From assembly GCA_004022145.1 (NCBI GenBank), contig RCNU01000001.1: a stretch of 64,000 nucleotides of DNA; one strand, 5' to 3'. Both the position numbers and the translations under genes were made by a program. The stretch is from Paecilomyces variotii. Its lineage: Eukaryota. Below are positions 12,307-25,099 of the stretch, in pieces (within the stretch, counting starts at the first letter, position 1; each line of letters begins with the position of its first letter). The notes below the pieces were generated by a model. It ran no database searches, had not been told where the DNA came from, and worked only from the letters and a program-made list of their open reading frames with translations.

Positions 12307-15293
12307 ATGGCGAAGACACCTACCGAGTCCGCGGGGTCGGAGCGCCCGCCCGCGTCGGAAGAGCCCGTCCAGTCCATCGAGCAAGATGGCAAGGGTGACA
12401 ACTCTCAGGAGCCCCAGGAGGGTGCAGAGGGGGTCAAGAATGAACAGGCCACCGGAGATGTTACGGAAGACCAATGGAGGGCGATGATGGATGTGGTGAT
12501 GGCCATCTATAACTACAGAGAAGAAGAGTGAGAGAGCTCCCGCAAGCTCCCTTTGTAGATCCGTCGGACGCGACCTAGCTAACTACAGTTGCGCGCGCAG
12601 TGGCCATGATCCCTCGAGACTCTTCCAGCGCAGTGTCAATAAGCGCAATGTTCCCGATTATTATGATATCATCAAGGAGCCTATGGCTCTGAGTATCCTG
12701 AAGCAGAAGATCAACAAGCGCGAGTATAAGAACTTCCGCGAGTTCGTGCGCGACTGCGCCTTGGTAAGTCGCCGCCAGCAGTCCTGTAGCGTCGCATGTG
12801 CAACTGACCGTTCGCTCACAGATTCCACACAATGCGCAAACCTACAATCGTCCCAAATCGCAGGCCTACGAAGATGCGCTCGTGATCAAGGTAGGTGGTT
12901 GGCATAGCTCCACTGGGCGCAACGGGCAGAAACTTACAGTGATTGCGATCTAGGATGTCTTCGTCTCCGAGTTCAAGAAACTGGTCGAGCAGGGTCTCGT
13001 TAGCGCTGATGAGGTTGAGCTGCCAGATCTGGGTGAGATCCCGGAAGCGGATCCTCTGCCCAGCGAGAACGAAGAGGAAGAAGAAGAGGACGACGAAGAA
13101 GACGACGAAGACGCAGATGACTCCGACGATGAGGGTCGCCGCCGGAGAAAGCGTGGTGGCCGTGTTAGGCGAGAGGGAGGCAAAGATGACGCCCACAAGA
13201 ACGACCCTGAACTCCGTAAGAAGCGAGGACGACCACCGCGCGTTGACACACCCATGGAGGCCAGGATCAAAGCTGTGTTGAAGGGGATCCGGAAGTTCAA
13301 AGATAACAGCGGTCAGCTGAAGGTCCGGCACTTCGAAAAGCTGCCGGACAAGGCAGCGTATCCCGATTACTACATGGAGATCAAAGAGCCGATGGCGATT
13401 GATCTGATCAAGAGGAAGTCGAAGCGGAAGAAGTATAACTCGGTTGACCACTTCATGAGGGATATGGACGTCATGTTCAACAACGCCAAATCCTACAACC
13501 AGCCCGATAGTCAGCTGTACAAAGATGCCGAGGATCTGCAGGTCGAGGCTCACAAGCTGGCAGAACAGGAGAAGAAGAAGCCCGATAGTGAGTACCTGAT
13601 GGAGGACGGTCGTCTGCCTCTTCCGGATGGAATCCTGCACAACGGCGAGCTGTGGAAAGTAGGCGATTGGGTGCACATCCAGAACCCGAACGACGTGACC
13701 AAACCCATCGTAGCACAGATCTATCGGACCTGGCAGGATGCGGAGGGCCAGAAGTGGGTGAACGCGTGCTGGTACTACCGCCCTGAGCAGACCGTGCACC
13801 ACTACGAGAAGCACTTCTACCCCAACGAGGTCGTGAAGACGGGTCAGTACCGAGACCACCATATCAGCGAGGTGGTCGACCGCTGCTTCGTGATGTTCTT
13901 CACTCGTTACAATCGAGGTCGTCCTCGAGGTTTCCCTCCGGACAAGGAGGTCTATGTCTGCGAAGCTCGTTACAACGAGGAGAAGCACAAATTGAACAAA
14001 ATCAAGACCTGGGCTAGCTGTCTTCCAGATGAGGTGCGAGAGAAGGATTATGAGATGGATCTGTTCGATATGCCCAGGAAGATCAAGAAGATCCCAAGTC
14101 CGATCAAGCACCTGCTGAAGGAAGATGCGAAGGAGACAGATGATCTCCCCAAGCCGACCTGGGGCGCTGAGAATGCGCCGCCCATTGTCGGTGCGGTGCA
14201 TCGTCGACCCAGAGACGACAATGTATGTGCAAAGGCCGTTTCTTTGTTTGATTCTTTTCAGCATACTGACCACCTCATCTTCTAGGAATCCCCGCCTCCA
14301 GAACCAACACCATCTCCTCCACCGCAGCCTGCTCCTCAACCTGCTCTGCCTCCCGCTCCATCTCGACAAGCCTCTATCAGTCACCCCGTGGGCCGTCAGA
14401 GCGTCGATAGTCAAGGAGATACCACCATGGCTGCCACGGTGCCCCCGCCAGTAGCTCGCTCGCCAGCAGCGCCGCTGCCTATGGTGCAGCACTCGCCAGC
14501 TCCTGTGCCTCCGCCGGTATACCATCAGCCTCGAGTGCCTCTTACTCCCTCCTACCAGCCTGCATTCCCCAACCGTTCGGGCAGCTTTTCGGCACAGGCT
14601 CCTCACGCGGCCGTCTACCAGGCGCCTGCGGTACCACATCAATACGCTGCAGCTCAGCATTCGCCGTATCCAGCCTATGCTGGACAGCGCCTTCCAGCTG
14701 GATCACCAGCCGTCTACAACTTCAACGCGCCTCGTCCGATCGAAACATTCCATCTCAGCGATGCTGCGAACGCCGCGATCCCAGCAGACATCCGCGAACA
14801 ATTCCACCGCGACGACCAGGGCCGTGTCCTATTCTTCTCCGCTCCCCCACTGGACATCGTACCTTCAGTCGAACAACGACTGGGTCATTCGCTAAAGTAC
14901 CTAGCCGCCAAGGAGGAGCGCCAGAAGCTGATCGAAGAGAAGAAGCGGAAAGAAGCCAACGAGCAAGCAGAGCGCGAACGAGCTGCCAAACGCAAACGGG
15001 CCGATGAACAGACCGCCCTTGCACGCAAAGTCCAACGTCTAACCGAGGACGCGATCCGTATCCTCTCTGAACAAATCTCCTCAGGCACAGATGGATACTA
15101 CAAAGAACACTACGGTGACAAAGCCGAAGAAGCCAAACTCGCCGACCTGAAGAAGCGCCAGCAGCAGATCCTCAAGGACCGACTATCGCAGGAACAGACA
15201 TCTCAAATCCTAGCGCAATCTGCTCAGAAACGCTCTTTCATCAGCTTGAAGGGCTCTGCTTTCTATTTGGATGATATTGACCCTCGAGTTTGA
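12307..15293 (+). CDS. RSC1: RSC chromatin-remodelling subunit Rsc1/Rsc2-like (two bromodomains, AT-hook, BAH); introns 12528-12600, 12764-12821, 12891-12953, 14223-14285
   Basis: Bromodomain motifs PDYYDIIKEPMAL and YPDYYMEIKEPMAI..NAKSYN; KKRGRPP AT-hook; BAH motif WVNACWYYRPEQTVH. Confidence 0.92.
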
Positions 15294-15585
15294 GATTCCT
15301 TACCCCCCCCCCCCTGCTGCAGCAAGCATCGATATCTACGAATTTCTACCTATCACCACAACTCCTACCAACCAAACGATCGAATGAAGTCCAACTGAAC
15401 ATAAAAGGGAGATACGTACAATGGGGAGGCTAGGCTGGGCTCGGAGGCGCATCTTTGGCGGTGTTCTTCACTTCTCTTCGTTCCTTTTTTTTTTTTTTCA
15501 CATGCAGTGGCTGCAGGTAACTAGTGTATATTAATAACACATTCGGTCCAGCTTGTTTTCCAATTGTTCTCTACCTTTTTTTTTG

Positions 15586-15625
15586 TCTTCTTCTTCTTCT
15601 TCTTCTTCTTCTTCTTCTTCTTCTT
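15586..15625. repeat. (TTC)n microsatellite
   Basis: About 13 perfect units downstream of the RSC1-like gene. Confidence 0.9.
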
Positions 15626-16621
15626 TACTAGTTTAGCTTAGCTAGAGATACCACAATTGAAACGTGATATATGATATAATACTCTTTCTTCGGTAGTTAC
15701 TAGCCATCAACTAACTAAGTTACTGATGTTAACTAACTATAACTAAGTTAATTTAACTACAATGTTACAGAATAGAGACACCGTAATAAAAAAGAAACTC
15801 ATCGGTTTATTTGTATTGTATATCTCTGGGATCTCAATATGTAATAGTGCTAATAAACATAATAACAATATGTGCGTTACACCACGATTGCTATGTTATA
15901 AGACTCAGACTCAGATATTTCTTCTTCCATAAAGAAAAGAAAAAAATGAAGAAAGATAGATAGTAGCATGAAATAGAAAAAAGTAGTAGAAATTTTTATT
16001 TTTTGCCTTGTATTCTCCCTTGATTTTTTTCAAACTCGCATTTTTGTAAACGTAAAGGAGAGACAATTCCTCCCAAAAGCGGACAAGCAAGATTGATTTT
16101 GAACCAGGAAAGGAAAGGAAAGGAGCTTGATAACAGCGTCATTTATTCATAAACAGGAGAGCGAACAAGGCCCTGGCTCGGGAAGAGCATGATGTAGTAG
16201 GATGAAGAAAGGGAAAGAGGAAGAATGGCATCGGATTGTGATGCAAATGGGGCAAGTGTTACCCGTACATGAGAAAAGCAGCCTCGGGAACCAGGTGCTG
16301 GAATAAAGAAATGAAGAGGGGAAAAAAAAGTAGTATGCCATACTCTGGAACACCGGTTCCCAATGGAATAAGCAAAGAATAAGCAAAGAACAACCCAAAA
16401 AAGACACAGGCCACCCACGGTGAGAATCAACGGATGTGAAGAGAACCGTGGGAGCGCTGTGCCATTCTATGCTGTATATGCTAAGTGAAAGATGCCGAGT
16501 AGTGAACAGGAGCGCCTTTGTGTGCGCCACGTCAAGTATACATGCGTCAGAGCGCAGGAGTAGGTAAGCGGCCTGATGGCCGCAACTCCTTGTTCTTTGT
16601 TTAGAGAGATTCTAGGCGACA

Positions 16622-18776
16622 TCATGGTTGGAAACCCAGATCCCGCGATGCGTTTGTCTCTTCCCCATTCGACGTCTGCTTGTTCGCATCCCAGCCGACA
16701 CTGCTCCGCTTGTTGCCCTCTTCCTCTTCCATCGAGAAAACGAGGTCACTCTGTTCTTCATCGATTCGACTCGTGGTGACAGGGGAGGAAACTGTACGGT
16801 CAAGGCGGCTGCTGGGCCCAGCAGAGCCCTGGCGTGCCGAGCTAGGATGGAGCGACATGCCATTGAGTTGCTGGGAGAGCGTCGACATCGAGGACTGCTG
16901 TGCAGAGCCAGAGACAAATGGAGAGACATCACCGGACACTGGCCGGCTGCCAATCGGGCGCAAGCCGGGGCTTGAGCCAAAGCCCAACGATGACTCCCGC
17001 AGCGGAGAACCGATGTGCGAGAAGGACGAACCATGGGCTTCTTCTTCCTTCCTCTGTCGCTGCTTGGCAAATAACGCTCCGAATCGGGAAGGGCTGGAGG
17101 CCAACGGCGAGCCGACTTTTGTTGCACTTGTTCCCATCAGGCCGAGTCCACCGTATTCTCTGTTGCTGGAACTCAATTCGTGCTCCGTCCGGGACAGCCT
17201 CCTCATCTTCTCCTGGGGAGTAAGGACGTCGTCGTGCAAGCTGCCCGGCAGATAATCTTCCTCCATCGTGAAATTGCTGTCATCCCAGTCGTCCAATACC
17301 ATAGGACGAGGGACACTGGCAGAGAGCATCTTAGGTCTACCCGCCATTCTCTGGGAATGCAGGAACCGGGGGGCAACAAAATCGTCTGGGAATCCTGGAG
17401 GAGAGGAGCCTAGGTTCGACGGCTGCTTTCTCAGGTCTGTACCGAAGGCGGCATCGCGAAGATTTCGAAGTGCATCCGAAGGTGTTCTCTGCGCAGGCGG
17501 CGACAACTCAAGGCCGAATTTCGAGGGCATAGAAGCGGCAACAGGGCCATAGCGAGCCACATGAGAAATACCCTGGCTATCAAAGGATGCTGGGAGCGGC
17601 GCATCGAGAGCTGTGAGGTGGTGTTTCGGAGAAGCGGGGTGGCGGATGTCCTCGACAGGTGATCCGTATTTCGATCCAGCATCTGATACGAATGCTGTGT
17701 CGACCGTGGGGAAACCCTCGTAGGGACCTTGTTGTGGCTGCTGCGACGCATGAAGAGAAGCGAATTCATCTTGTGCAGGGAATCCATATGCGTATCGAGA
17801 ATCATGGCCCTTCATCCGCTGATGTGATAACACTGAGTTCGTCAAGGCGGAATCCTGATTGTGATAAGCCTGCGGGTTGACTCGGCCACCCAGGTTGAGA
17901 TGACCTCCACCCATGCCCATGCCGATATTGGGGCGGTTGACCCGTCGTCCATCTGGCAAGATATGCGCCAGCGCACACTTTGCTCCGAATTTACAATTAC
18001 CCTGGAGTCCCCGTCAGTGTCTTGTAGATTCCACCGGGGGCCCGTCCGTTCAACGGCGCTGTCGTGCTCGTGGAACCCTATCGGGAAAAAAAGGAAAGAA
18101 CTCGATCTAGCGTACCTTGGTGAAGTATTTGCACGGAGCAGAGTCGACTGCAGCATCGGTGGAATGTAAAAAGGGACAAGCAGGTCCTGCCTGACAAGCT
18201 CCCTGACGGAAGAATTTGCATGGAACATGCTTGGTATCTGTACCACGAACGGGGAAATAATCAGCGCTCCGCACCAGAGACTGACGCCTGCAGCGTCTCT
18301 GAGAGATAAAGAATAGACACTGTACTCTTACTGCTTGGGTTTGGAGGGCTGCGAGCCGCCATTTCGAAGCCGGACATATTGCGGGAATGGCCGTTTTGGA
18401 GATGAGCACCCGGGCCGGAGGGAACGGGCAGAGGACCGCGGTTTCTCATGTCACTGGATAGCCGATTCTGCGGACGAGAGCCGTTGGCAAACGAACCAGA
18501 CGGAGTTCGCGTTGCGGGCGGCGGATTCTGTTGCTGCTGCTGCATCGCCAGAGAGTCGAGAGGAGTCGAGATAGAAGAGGCTCCGGAGGGGTTCCGGCCG
18601 GGAGATTTTGACTGGGGAAGGTTTGGTGGGGGTTCTGAGGCGGTCGTTTTGGTGGCAGCGGAGATAGTAGCAGTAGTAGTAGTAGTAGTGCTGGCACCCG
18701 CCGCAGTGAGAAACAGAGGCTGAGGATTATTACTGTCGTGATCGCGATGACGGCCGATCAGCGTGGAGGAGGACAT
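16622..18776 (-). CDS. Tandem CCCH zinc-finger protein (Lee1/Cps3-Scp3-like); exons 18776-18326, 18237-18116, 18001-16622; start codon uncertain
   Basis: Spliced product has NTKHVPCKFFRQGACQAGPACPFLH and CKYFTKGNCKFGAKCALAH (two C-x7/8-C-x5-C-x3-H fingers), followed by a long S/P-rich tail with an EEDYLP..L..LTPQE motif. Confidence 0.85.
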
Positions 18777-19434
18777 GATAGACTGAGATTTTAGATAGAG
18801 AGAGAGAGAGAGAGAGAGGGAGGGAAGGCAAGAGGGTGGCAGAGATAGAGAGTCAGAAAGATACGGGGCGAGGGGCAGAGAGCAAGGCAACTTCCAGCAG
18901 TACTTACTTAGAGCTTGCTTTACTCTCTCAAATACACACCAGGGGACCTTCTACAACTCCCGGGATGATGACCAGGATCAGCTCCAGTTGATCTAATAAT
19001 CTCAAGCACAGCTAGCTAGCCACTCATCCTTCCAGCCAGTCACCAGCTCTGGAAGCTGTAACGGCAGGAAAGCTAAGTTAGTTATGATTCTGGTATGCAG
19101 ATTCTACTTAGTGAAGCTTGCGCCCTGAAGCAACGAAGCCATGATATGATCTCTTGCGTCAATTGCGCCTCGTCTGTTGCATATTATTATGGTGCTTAGC
19201 TCTGCCTCGTCCACACCCCGGACTGGAACGCGCAGCCAGCTACATTAGAGAAAGTGACGTGAGTAAGTAAGAAGACTAGATCTTCCCATGACCGCCCAAG
19301 GGGCTAGTGGGAGAGATGGTGGTCGGAGAAAGCTGATCGCCCGAGCACCGTCGGACAGGACGGATACTGTAGGACGTTGCGGATCTACGAAATAAGAAAG
19401 AAAGGCGAAGGGCGAGTGGGATCGTCAGGCGTGA

Positions 19435-19463
19435 ATTGGATTGGATTGGATTGGATTGGATTG
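19435..19463. repeat. (ATTGG)n pentamer repeat, followed by a (CT)n tract
   Basis: About 6 units read directly, upstream of the CCCH gene. Confidence 0.85.
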
Positions 19464-19929
19464 CTCTGGAGTGGCTGGAGCTCTCTCTCTCTCTCTCTTG
19501 CAGCAGCAGCATCTGCCATGAGGACCGCCTCGCACCTGATCATGAACTTCACTGCCATTGTATTGTGATCCTATCCCCGTGTGGCCTCGACGAACAAAAA
19601 GAGTGTCCATCTGATCCACCACATTGCGTTCTCGAGACCCCTCAAGCCTAGATCCAGTGATCGAATTCCACTCTGTCTCCCCTGCTCCAGCTGGCCCCGT
19701 GGCTCATACATAGTCCCCATGTCAATCCTCCGCGTGGATCACGGAGAATAGCGTTTATTATTCCCCATCCGGTTGCACATGAAGAGTTGCTTGCTGATCA
19801 GAGGAATGTTTCAGTCAACCCACAAGACAACCATGATTAATATCAATTATTCACCTTCTCGAAAGTTCAGACAGAAAAAATATCAGCCAACCCCCCCGGA
19901 TAGAGCATTCTTCCCGATACAAGTGTCCG

Positions 19930-21109
19930 TCAGATCGACCCCCCGAGTCCCAAAGATTCCTAGCGTCACGTCAGATATTAGTATACCCGAAGCTGGAGCG
20001 CGGCCCGCGCGAGACTTAACTACACTGTACTACTAACCCATAGCTCCTCTTTGGTGGTATCTTCACTCATAACTTCCGTGCACCTCTCCCACAGGTGACG
20101 GCAGATCCTTTCGCGAACTGCAGCATGCCGCTGCCACATCTTCCATTCCTTTTCAGTTTGGGCCTTTTCCTCCATAGACACCTCTGCAGTGTCGTCGTTA
20201 CATAACTCTTTGAGACGGAGGTGAATGCTCCTCGTCTCGTCTTCGAGCTTGGATACATTCTGTTCCAAGTCAGCGAACGAGACGGTGGTGCCCATACGGG
20301 ACAGTTCTGATTTCAATCCCTTCTCCCTGTTTTTGTAATCTGCAAGCTGTTTCTCCAACTGCTCAATCTCATCGGAAATCCTAGCTAATGCCTCGGGCGT
20401 GACATCATCCGTAGGATCTTGAAGTGCGTGATACACGAGCTGCTTGCCTATTCAAGAAAACAAAAAAGTCATGAATATCATCATCCACAATAATAATACG
20501 AATGGGATATCAATTCAAGGTCTACAGACCAGCGGCGCGTCCTTCAATCTGTCCTTTCTCATGCATGTCCTTTAAGATCTTCACAGCGTTTGCTATATGC
20601 ATCAATCAAAATGTCAACCAACTCAACACCCATACAGGTCATCTTCATCAACTGAGTATATATATCTCACCTTTCGTAACTTTATTCTGGAGATTAGTCG
20701 AGATCTCAATGGCCTATCATCCAGTGATGCCCTATCAGCCGCCGGACCAGATTAAACATAGCCCTCCCCATTTAAGCTGGATCACAACGAACTGAATACG
20801 GGCGACTAGTTGAAACATCGTTAGTAACAACAATCATAGCCAAATGAGATATAGAAGTGAGCAATGGCATACTACTTACTTTTGCTTCCCTATAATACCA
20901 CATTTGCCAACGCGTCAGTCCGGCTAGCTGCCATCCAGATAATAGTACAGATATAGCCAGCCACTAACGCAGATAATCTAAAATCATCACGGAACCTGGA
21001 TTTTTCCCAAGTCAATAAAGAACCTTATACAGGCTTCTACACCTGGCCACTTGGAACAATTACCATTCTCTCCTGGGACTTTCTCAGACCCTCCTTTCTT
21101 CGGAGCCAT
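19930..21109 (-). CDS. HOP2: Hop2/TBPIP meiotic homologous-pairing protein; exons 21109-21064, 20995-20969, 20889-20880, 20805-20793, 20713-20671, 20592-20530, 20447-20038, 19959-19930 (213 aa)
   Basis: Spliced N-terminus ILDYLRKQNRPYSAIEISTNLQNKVTKA...GKQLVYHALQ is the Hop2 winged-helix signature; coiled coil and ELWESLGL ending; exons total 642 nt, in frame. Confidence 0.88.
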
Positions 21110-21559
21110 AGTGAGGATACGTAAATTGGTCGGAAGATTCAGCCTAGGATGAGAATATATTGAGAATTTCAGTATAATAAGGCGTGGCACGCGTGCACAA
21201 AGAAGATCGATCATGAGCTAGATGGATGTGATATGGATTTGCTCGAGGGATTCTCCCTCGAGCAGATGCTAACTAACTGTAATGTGCTGGACAGAAGTAG
21301 TCACGTGTTTACAACTTTTTTGGACTCCTCCCCAATATGAAATTCAAGAGCCAGCTGGAGGGGCACTACGTCTCAGTTCATATGATAGGCACAGGGATGA
21401 GATAGATGAAGCTTCTCATATACGGCAAACAAGAGTTGAACTGGCATTATTATGAACCTCCCTTGACCAAGAAGAAAATAGATTCACCATCGACCACTTT
21501 AGATAAAAGCAAAAAAAAGATCTAAACGGTTAAAAACAATTAAACCAAGGGTTCGGGTA

Positions 21560-24141
21560 TCACATAACGATCTAGACGGTGGTTAGTCCTAACTTCGAAA
21601 CAAAATTGATAAAACCAGCAGGGCACTTACGCAATCTCTCTCATTTTTACCTTGTGGGACTCCCATCTCCTCGAATGTCTTCGGGCCTTTGCTCGGCGGC
21701 ATACTAGGGGAGCTAGGTGCGGATTGCTGAGCCGCAGGCATCTGAGGTGGGTTGAGGGGGCCTTCAAGAGGAGCTGGCGTGGATGCTGCAGACGATCTTG
21801 ACGGAGGCTTGGAGTCTATTCGAGAGGGATAAGACTGAGTAGATTGGGGACCAGGCGGCCGTGGGCTAGACGGAAGGCCATGCGCACTGCCCGCGGGGCT
21901 ATGAGAGACGGGAGTCCTCGCTGATTTGCGCTCCGGGGGAATGGCGTAGCTCATATCCTGCGGACCTTGGGGCCTGGCCATATTCGGGTTGGAAGGTCTC
22001 TGCAGCCGTCTGCGGTCTCCTCTGCCAGCAGGATCCAGAGGAGCACTGTAACCGATATCTAGTTTCGGTGTTCCCGGAGCACTGAACTCGCCTGCACCTG
22101 GCGGAGGAAGTCCTGGAGAAGACAGAGCGGAGCCCGGCTGGCGGTATGCTCCCCTACCGGAACCTCCTGAAACAACACGACCCGAGGGATTCGGAGGGCC
22201 ATAAGTCCCAGAGGAACCGGGTCGGATATTGGGGTTGATTCCAAATGCAGAGCTCGGACGTGGATCTGGCATGTTGTAACCCGGACGTCCTTCAGGATAT
22301 GGGGCGGCTGACATAGGCCGTTGGTCGTCCGATATCCTCATCCTCGAAGGATCTGGCATATCGATGTTATCCTGGATAGTTGGCATAGTGTTGGCTCTCG
22401 CACCATAGCTTGCCGGCCCTGGCTTCTGTCGCTGAGATCCGTACTGGGACTTGATCCTGGCGATAGCGACCTTTTCATGGTCTTTCCTAGACAACGTCTT
22501 TGACCGCGATATACTCTCGATCCGAGTCAAGGCATCCTTATTGCCGCTTGACGCAGCCTTGGCGTACCAACTCTTGGCTTCTTTGATATCCACGGGAACA
22601 AAGATTCCAATCTCGTAGAAGTAGCCTAGAGCAAACTGCGCAGTCGGTAGGTCACTCTGCGCGGCTCTTTGGGCGTAGGTGAAGGCCAATTCATCGTTCT
22701 TCTCAAACACGCCCTCGTGACCGCAGAGGAACCACTTACTGATTGCCATCTCTGCTTCTGGTTCACCTTGACGCGCCGCCAGAGCGTTATAATGCAACGA
22801 TAAAGCAGGATTGAAGTCACAACCGAGCTGGCAAAGTTCATACGCGGCTCCCATCTTTACTTGCGCCTTTGCGAATCCGTGGTAAGCGGCTTTCTCGATG
22901 TTCATCCGCGCACCGTTTATATCCAAAGCAAGGTACTGATCGGGGATCTGGACCTGAGGCAACTCCCGTGCAAGTAGCATCCCGTATACCTTGATAATAT
23001 AATGTCAGCACATAAAAATTTCCCTTAGATTGGGGCTCTCCACACTCACATAAGCTCCCTGAGGCGCATTCTCATCACAAGTTTGCGCCGCCAGGCGGAT
23101 GTAATCGAGACCAGTTTGATAATCTTGACGTTGGCCGTGCTGGCCAAGGAGAATCATCATACCGAGACGCTGTCGTTCGTGTTAGATTACACAACAAATG
23201 TCGGAATTTCAAACCACTCACGTAATAGGAAGCGGAATCTCCCAGCGCAACACCCTTTTCATAATGCCTGATGGCCTTGGCAGGCTCGTTCGAACCTTCA
23301 AACTGCATTCCCATCCGATACTCGGCTCTGGCATATCCTTTCTCTGCCGCTCTGGAGTAGCAACGGAAAGCCTCCTTCTTATCCACTCTGAAACCGAATT
23401 TGCCAAACTCGAGCCACATTCCCTTGATAAATTCTGCCCGGGGGTGATGCTGTTCTGCCAGAAAACCGACGATATTGATCGCATCCATCCGCAGCTGGCG
23501 TTCAACCTGGGGTGTCTGTGGCCTCGGGGGCTGGATGAGCGATACACGAAGCTCATTCTGCATCGCTACCTCGACGTAGGAAAGGGCATCTTGGGCCCAT
23601 GCCAGTTGCATCTCCGGATCATTTGAAGACAGGACCGCTACGCGGCCCTTCTCCAGATTGGCTTCTCTCTGTTCATCGGTGGGAGGGACATTGGGAGGAG
23701 GATTTCGCAGCACCGGGAAAGGGGAGAAGTTCGGCTGGTCCATTGTGTTCTGCTCGTATGAATCGACAGGATAGCTCGACGGGCCATAACCATTCCCAGA
23801 TACTGGCTTTCGTGCAGGTGCTTGCGGGGCAGCAGAGGAGGTTCGGGCTGGATATTGGGACCGGTCGTATTGCACGGCGTGTTGGCCGGTCATTCGGTAC
23901 TGTCCACGAGCCTCCTGCTCGAGGTGGGCAATGTTGTCCTGCATGTTCTCAGGCACCTCCGGCATGACCCTGCAGAGTCGATCAGTGACGAGCCCCGGCA
24001 ACCCAGCAACCGCACAGAGAGACAGCTCTCAAACCTTTGGGGAGATGGAGAGATGACCTCCGGCATGTAGTAATCATCCTGACCCCCTGGATAGAATGTC
24101 GCGCCTAGCCGTGGCTGGCCTCGACCATATGGCCGGCTCAT
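21560..24141 (-). CDS. CHS4: Chitin synthase activator Chs4/Skt5-like (Sel1 repeats, CaaX); exons 24141-24035, 23969-23222, 23169-23050, 22989-21631, 21571-21560
   Basis: Multiple Sel1-like repeats (AAEKGYARAEYRMG, AQFALGYFYEIG); GPKTFEEMGVP motif; spliced C-terminus CIVM. One acceptor is AAG (22990-22992). Confidence 0.85.
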
Positions 24142-25099
24142 TATTGGGGCGGCGCGTTGTCCGGGTATGCGTATTATTCCTGTTTGGCGGCAACGAAGCT
24201 CTCGCAGGAGAGGAACGACAAGGCCTGCTAGTCTTTCATAGAGGGTGTCCTAAAAGGGATTATTTGAAACCGAGAAAAGAAAAAGATGGACGCGAGAATC
24301 TCGTGGAGCAACTGTGGGGAGCGTGATAGGTGCTGGTCCCTCACGGGGAATGGAGGGGCGCCGCCGGACTTTGCAGCGTATCGTGTTTGTACGGAGGAGT
24401 TAATAATAACTAATTAGTTAAGTTGACTTAGAGAAGGGGATATCAGTAGTTAGTAGTAGTAGTAGTAGTAGTAGGACGGTTAGACCCGAACTATTAGTTA
24501 CTGGAAGAGAAATAGAATAATATTACTATTTCACGGTGACGGTCACCCAAGCCCATTATTATTCTATCTGTGTTGCGGAGGCTTTTGCGCGAGAAACTAA
24601 GAAAACCCCCCCTTCTCAGGGAGAGCAAATCGCTTACCAGGAATCAACCACCCACGCACTCTTGGCCTCCACTACTGCTAATTAAAACCAAACTCGATCT
24701 CAGCCACCAAACGGGGGGGAAGGTTCAATAAGAACTATCTTTGGCCTCCTCAGCCTTTCTGGGTTGTACATAGTTAACTAGTGAGGCACCGTCTGCCTAG
24801 GATCTGAAACCGCTGCGCAAAATCTGGCAGAATAATCTATTTTTGCACCCAGATCCCCTGGACCCCTCTCTGGCTGACAGTCTGACGATGCTGAGAGTTT
24901 TGCACACGCGTGCCACCTGACAGGACAGACTAATAACAATAATAGCTGAACCGGTGCAACGGTTGCAATGGTCAGGGTTCTGCGGCCCTAAGAAATTATT
25001 GCCCGTAACCGCCTAACCGTTACTATCTAACGGCGACTTGGAGACGCTTGGTATAGATCTTATAGTTACGAAGACGGACGCCAGAGTGGATCAGAGGTT

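Noticed and set aside
12816..14660. 614-aa ORF antisense to the RSC1-like gene
   Set aside because: Mirrors a GC3-biased coding strand, has no recognisable domain and no ATG start context; a typical antisense shadow ORF.
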